Positions 33,052 through 36,591 of a DNA stretch of 36,591 nucleotides are shown one piece after another; the first letter of the stretch is position 1; the number at the start of each line of letters is the position of its first letter. The translations under genes and the position numbers were made by a program. The notes under the pieces are model-generated. The model did not search any database and was not told where the DNA came from. It worked only from the letters and a program-made list of their open reading frames with translations. Source of the DNA: Candidatus Micrarchaeota archaeon (GTDB lineage: Archaea > Micrarchaeota > Micrarchaeia > Norongarragalinales > UBA97); NCBI GenBank assembly GCA_038046065.1, contig JBBSWX010000011.1:21145-57735 (forward strand), written 5' to 3'.

Positions 33052-34542
33052 TTAGCAGAGCATCAGGAACATCCATAATGGGATTCCTGCCTGCTGATCG
33101 TCGGCGATGATTTCGTCTTGGGTGATTGTCAGGCCGAAGCCGGGCGTTTTCTCCTCGTTGACGAACCGCCTGATTCCGGCGGCGCTTCTCTTGCCTGCCT
33201 GGCGGCGGAACTTGACTTCGATCGGCAGGGTTTCCTGTTGTTGGGAGAGCTTCATCACGAAGTCGGTTTCATTCCCCTGCGCGCCCCGGTTGAACAACAC
33301 GCCGCATTCTTGGCTGCCGTTAACTTTGAATGCCAGGCGGCGCAGGTGGTCGTGTACAGCAGTTTCGGCGAGTACCCCCAGCTCTGCGTCGCTTGCTGGC
33401 GCACCGTACTGGCCCAGGATTGCGTTTCTCAGGCCGCAGTCGTTGAAATATACTTTCGGGTGTTTGGTAGAGCCCATCTTTGACTTGCTCCAGTTGTCCA
33501 CGAGTGTGACCAGTGCGGTTTCCTCGAATGCGTTGACGTATTTTTCAAGCGTTATCCTGTTGCTTCCTTGGAGGCGTTGCAGCAGCGTGTTAACGTTGAG
33601 TTCCTGGCCGTTTGCGCTTGCGAGCAGGTATAGGAGTTTCTTGGCGTTTGCGTGGTCGCGCACGCCGAACCATGGCATCAGGTCTTTCATTATCACGTCT
33701 TCCGCATAGTCGTCGAGGAGGCGCTGGGCTTCCTGCCGGTCGGGGGTGGTAACGGGCTTGGGATACCCTCCGATAAGCAGGTAGTCTTCTGCCGCCGCGG
33801 CCATTTGGAGCAGCGTAGGCGTGAACGCTATTTTGCAGTCGCCTAGCGCTTCCAGCAGGAGTTTTGGGTTCCTGCCGTTTATCGAGTTCACCAGCGCTTC
33901 CCTGAGTTTGTACCGCCATTCTTCTATCTTGCGGTGGTTGTCGCCATCCGCCCATTTGTTTGACAAGCGGCAGGCGTCGGCGAACTTCAGTGGGAACACT
34001 TTATACACTGCCTTCCGACCCGGGAGGGTTTCCCGACCCGCTTGTGTTATCCGGACGCTTGCGGAGCCGGTTGCAAGCACTTTCACATTGGCGGTCGGTT
34101 TGAGGCTCTTCAGCACGCTTGCCCAGTTTGGCACTGACTGCACTTCATCGAGGAAAAGGTAGGTGGGCGACTGCACCGACCACAAGTCTTCCTTAAGCAC
34201 CCTTTTTTGGTAGGTTTCGATGACGTCCATAAGGAGGCATTCGGGCTTGCACGCAAGTTGCAGCGACTCTTCGTCAAGCTCTGCGTATAATAGCCGCTTT
34301 GGTTCCACGCCTTCGGCCAGCTTGCCTTTGATTATCTGCGATACCATAGTGGTCTTTCCGGTCTGGCGTGCGCCCACGACCATTACGAGCGTGTCCTCCA
34401 GCCGCTTGGTTATGTACTTCAAGTCGCTGCGCTCGAATGGCTGCACTGCAAACCCGACTTTGCCGGTGGACCACCAGGCGTTCCAGTACGGTCGCGAGAG
34501 TACCTTGAAAATCTCGGCCTCTAACTCTTGCGAAATTACCAT
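33052..34542 (-). CDS. AAA_14 / DUF4143 family ATPase (COG1373) with a C-terminal nuclease-fold-like region
   Basis: VVGARQTGKTTM (Walker A), LFLDEVQ (Walker B), a DUF4143-like FNDCGLRNAILG and a C-terminal ETDFV...IEVK. CTTAAATAC lies about 25 nt upstream of the ATG. Confidence 0.85.
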   Translation of the reverse strand: MVISQELEAEIFKVLSRPYWNAWWSTGKVGFAVQPFERSDLKYITKRLEDTLVMVVGARQTGKTTMVSQIIKGKLAEGVEPKRLLYAELDEESLQLACKPECLLMDVIETYQKRVLKEDLWSVQSPTYLFLDEVQSVPNWASVLKSLKPTANVKVLATGSASVRITQAGRETLPGRKAVYKVFPLKFADACRLSNKWADGDNHRKIEEWRYKLREALVNSINGRNPKLLLEALGDCKIAFTPTLLQMAAAAEDYLLIGGYPKPVTTPDRQEAQRLLDDYAEDVIMKDLMPWFGVRDHANAKKLLYLLASANGQELNVNTLLQRLQGSNRITLEKYVNAFEETALVTLVDNWSKSKMGSTKHPKVYFNDCGLRNAILGQYGAPASDAELGVLAETAVHDHLRRLAFKVNGSQECGVLFNRGAQGNETDFVMKLSQQQETLPIEVKFRRQAGKRSAAGIRRFVNEEKTPGFGLTITQDEIIADDQQAGIPLWMFLMLC

Positions 34543-34663
34543 AACACTATTTGTGCTAATTAGTTGTATTTAAGTTTAACTATTGCTCGCATTTTGTTAG
34601 ATTGTGCTTTATAGTTTTTATAGGGGTGTTGCTTCGTGGCGGGCGGTTCTTTTCGTTTGCAGC

Positions 34664-34746
34664 AAGCTTTTTTGCCTGTTGCGCGAATAGGTTTATCGTG
34701 GCTGTCTTAAACCGCGAGCTTTCAGTGCCGGAGCGGTCTGTCTTCC
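34664..34746 (+). repeat. 83-bp direct repeat, copy A (upstream of the NYN gene)
   Basis: Hand alignment with 35563-35645 gives 77/83 identical. Weaker similarity extends to about 34633-34760 versus 35538-35662. Confidence 0.85.
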
Positions 34747-34817
34747 AGGATTTAGACGATTGACTGAAAAAGTACCTTTTTTAATTGCCGGCGGTATAGC
34801 TGGTATATAGCTTCCCC

Positions 34818-35534
34818 GTGTTTGCTCGGCTTCGGTCGGGCAACCGCGGGTTTCCACTGATTATCGTGGCAAAGCCGAGTGCGCTCGTTTTTGTGGATGG
34901 ATCCAACTTTTACTATGCCGTAAAGAAGGCGCGCGGTTACGCCTTGACTGAGGATGAGTTTAGTGCTTTCTTTTCCGAGATTGAACGCCTGTTTGACGTC
35001 AAAGAGATTCGGTTTTACGATGCGGTAAAAGACCGGGCGATTGAACCGGACAACTACGCCAAGCAGCAGCGGTTCCATGCGCGCCTTCAGAACAAATGCA
35101 AGAAAGTGGCGGTATATTGCAGGCCTCTGCAGTACGTGGAGACTGTTGCCAAGGAGAAGGTGCTGGCGGCTGCTGGGGAAATGAATTTTTGCGATGCTTG
35201 CAAGGCTAGCTTGTGGAGCTTGTTGTATAATCTCGGCCTAGTCACCCGCAGTAAGGAAAAAGGGATTGACGTGCTGCTCGCCACGGACGCGATAGACCTG
35301 GCGCAAACAAGAACGCCGGGTTGGATTATCATCGTATCCGGAGACGCGGACTTTGTGCCTGCTGTAAAACTGATCCATAGGCATAACGTCAAGACGCTTA
35401 ATCTCCACGGGTGGAAAGGCAGTTCGAATGAACTTCGGTCGGTTTGCACGCGGCACGCGCTTATAGGCTTGGAAACGGGCGTGCCAACAATAGACTGGTA
35501 CGGCTTGCCGTCTTTGGCAGTTTACCAGCAGTAG
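34818..35534 (+). CDS. NYN/LabA-like domain protein (putative RNase)
   Basis: ALVFVDGSNFYYA, KEKGIDVLLATDAIDLA and IIIVSGDADFVPAVK are the NYN/LabA acidic motifs. The start is GTG 34818, or alternatively GTG 34866. GGTATATAG lies at 34802-34810. Confidence 0.8.
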   Translation: MFARLRSGNRGFPLIIVAKPSALVFVDGSNFYYAVKKARGYALTEDEFSAFFSEIERLFDVKEIRFYDAVKDRAIEPDNYAKQQRFHARLQNKCKKVAVYCRPLQYVETVAKEKVLAAAGEMNFCDACKASLWSLLYNLGLVTRSKEKGIDVLLATDAIDLAQTRTPGWIIIVSGDADFVPAVKLIHRHNVKTLNLHGWKGSSNELRSVCTRHALIGLETGVPTIDWYGLPSLAVYQQ

Positions 35535-35562
35535 CTTGACTTGGCCGGGCGTGTTGGCCGGT

Positions 35563-35645
35563 AAGCTTTTTTGCCTGCCGCGCGAATAGTTTTGTCGTGG
35601 CTGTTCTAAACCGCGAGCTTTCAGTGCCGGAGCGGTCTGTCTTCC
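35563..35645 (+). repeat. 83-bp direct repeat, copy B (between the NYN gene and nre)
   Basis: See copy A. Confidence 0.85.
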
Positions 35646-35659
35646 GCGATCTCGAGGTA

Positions 35660-36591
35660 GTGCGCTTGGGCGGCCGCGTGTGCATCCGGTATAAGGGCAA
35701 GAGTTACTTCGGCACCGAGCAGTCTCCAGTCTTGGCGGCGTTGCTTAATGCGCCGAAAGCAGAGGCGCGCGTGAAGCAAGAAGTTTTCGGTCCCACCCCC
35801 CCAAACGTTTTTGTTGGCGAGTACGGTTATCCTCAAGTTCTCGCCGGGCCGATGGTTAGCATTGACGAGGAGCAGCCGGCAGAGTTTTTCGGTTCGCAGG
35901 CGGATTGGTTTGGCAAGGATTACTCGGAGATAGTTGCTTTCGCGACGAGTCTCGTGCGCGGCAAGCGGAAGCTTGCGGTCACTAACCAATCGCGTTACTT
36001 GTTTGACTTGCAGGATTCGGTGCTTTCGACGAAGAGCATCGACTTGGAAATGTCTTTTTCCAAGCGTCCGTCGTTCTCGTACGCCTTCTCTCCAGTCGCC
36101 CAGCCGATGGGTCCCAGCGGTTTTGTGGAGCGCGTGTCGCTTGCCGGCAATCCCGTTATTCCCAAGAAGGTTGATTCTATCGTTGGCGAGGGTCTGCTCG
36201 TGCGCGAGGCGCTTCCAGAGTTGCTTGACGCCGGGGCGGATTACTATTACCTTCAGAAGGTTTTGAGCGCTGGCGTTCTCGGCCGTCAGCGAAGGCTCGT
36301 GCCTACCAAGTGGAGCATCACTGCGACGGATGACATGCTTGGCAAGCTCCTCCTCGAGAAAGTGAGGACTTTCCCTTCCATCAACGAGTTTCGCATTTAT
36401 TCTAGCGATTTTCTTTTCAACCACTTCGAGATTTTGCTCATGCCGGGCAAGTGGGAGTTTGAACAGTTCGAATCGTGGTCTCCCAGCACGCCGTGGGCAG
36501 AGCAATCGAACAGCGATATTATCGAGGAGTTCGAGCCTTTCGAAGGCCGCACGAAATACGCAGAGTTGGAAGGCGGCGGTTACTACGCCGG
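35660..36591 (+). CDS. Archaeal Nre-family DNA repair protein (N-terminal ~310 codons; runs off the right edge)
   Basis: Absent from the ORF track because there is no in-window stop. The frame is open from 35540 to the window end. Hand translation gives ...RVCIRYKGKSYFG...EVFGPTPPNVFVGEYGYPQVLAGPMV ... RRLVPTKWSITATDDMLGK ... LEGGGYYA, matching my recollection of Nre_N/Nre_C motifs. There is no in-frame ATG. Candidate starts are GTG 35660, TTG 35666 and GTG 35678, or GTG 35597/35624 inside the repeat. Confidence 0.75.
   Translation, partial: MRLGGRVCIRYKGKSYFGTEQSPVLAALLNAPKAEARVKQEVFGPTPPNVFVGEYGYPQVLAGPMVSIDEEQPAEFFGSQADWFGKDYSEIVAFATSLVRGKRKLAVTNQSRYLFDLQDSVLSTKSIDLEMSFSKRPSFSYAFSPVAQPMGPSGFVERVSLAGNPVIPKKVDSIVGEGLLVREALPELLDAGADYYYLQKVLSAGVLGRQRRLVPTKWSITATDDMLGKLLLEKVRTFPSINEFRIYSSDFLFNHFEILLMPGKWEFEQFESWSPSTPWAEQSNSDIIEEFEPFEGRTKYAELEGGGYYA

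Noticed and set aside
36466-36474. GTTCGAATC, a tRNA T-loop-like sequence
   Set aside because: It lies inside the well-supported nre reading frame, and no acceptor or anticodon stem partners surround it.

Overview
GC-rich archaeal chromosomal segment. Archaeal markers are RNA polymerase subunit K, an HMf-type histone, Nre, the thiolase/HMG-CoA synthase/DUF35 trio and geranylgeranyl reductase. No rRNA, tRNA or CRISPR array was found. Positions 1 to about 21.7 kb are mostly core metabolism: GluRS at the left edge, then an unusually complete isoprenoid-lipid supercluster. The cluster holds type 2 IPP isomerase, phosphomevalonate kinase, diphosphomevalonate decarboxylase, mevalonate kinase, class II HMG-CoA reductase, HMG-CoA synthase, thiolase, DUF35, GGPP synthase, and further on geranylgeranyl reductase plus a ferredoxin. 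It is interrupted by an NFACT-N protein, rpoK, and an amino-acid module (aminotransferase plus a 3-gene ABC importer) bracketed by two paralogous double Lrp/AsnC regulators. From about 21.7 kb onward the window becomes mosaic. It contains a toxin-antitoxin pair and a pyroglutamyl peptidase gene flanked by about 125-bp direct repeats. It also contains a decayed second antitoxin copy, an orphan gene, an IS5-like transposase fragment, and a beta-CASP RNase. A Schlafen/AlbA_2-type (COG2865) gene there is bracketed by arrays of a 10-bp AT-rich motif. The right end is a replication/repair neighbourhood (RecJ/GAN-like, histone, Orc1/Cdc6-like AAA+ protein, Nre). It carries apparently inserted accessory genes: a DUF4143 ATPase and a NYN RNase flanked by 83-bp direct repeats. 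Two real genes (gltX at the left edge, nre at the right edge) are missing from the ORF track because they have no stop codon inside the window. Many long ORFs in the track are antisense artefacts of the high GC content. All calls rest on by-eye motif recognition and hand alignment; no database search was run.
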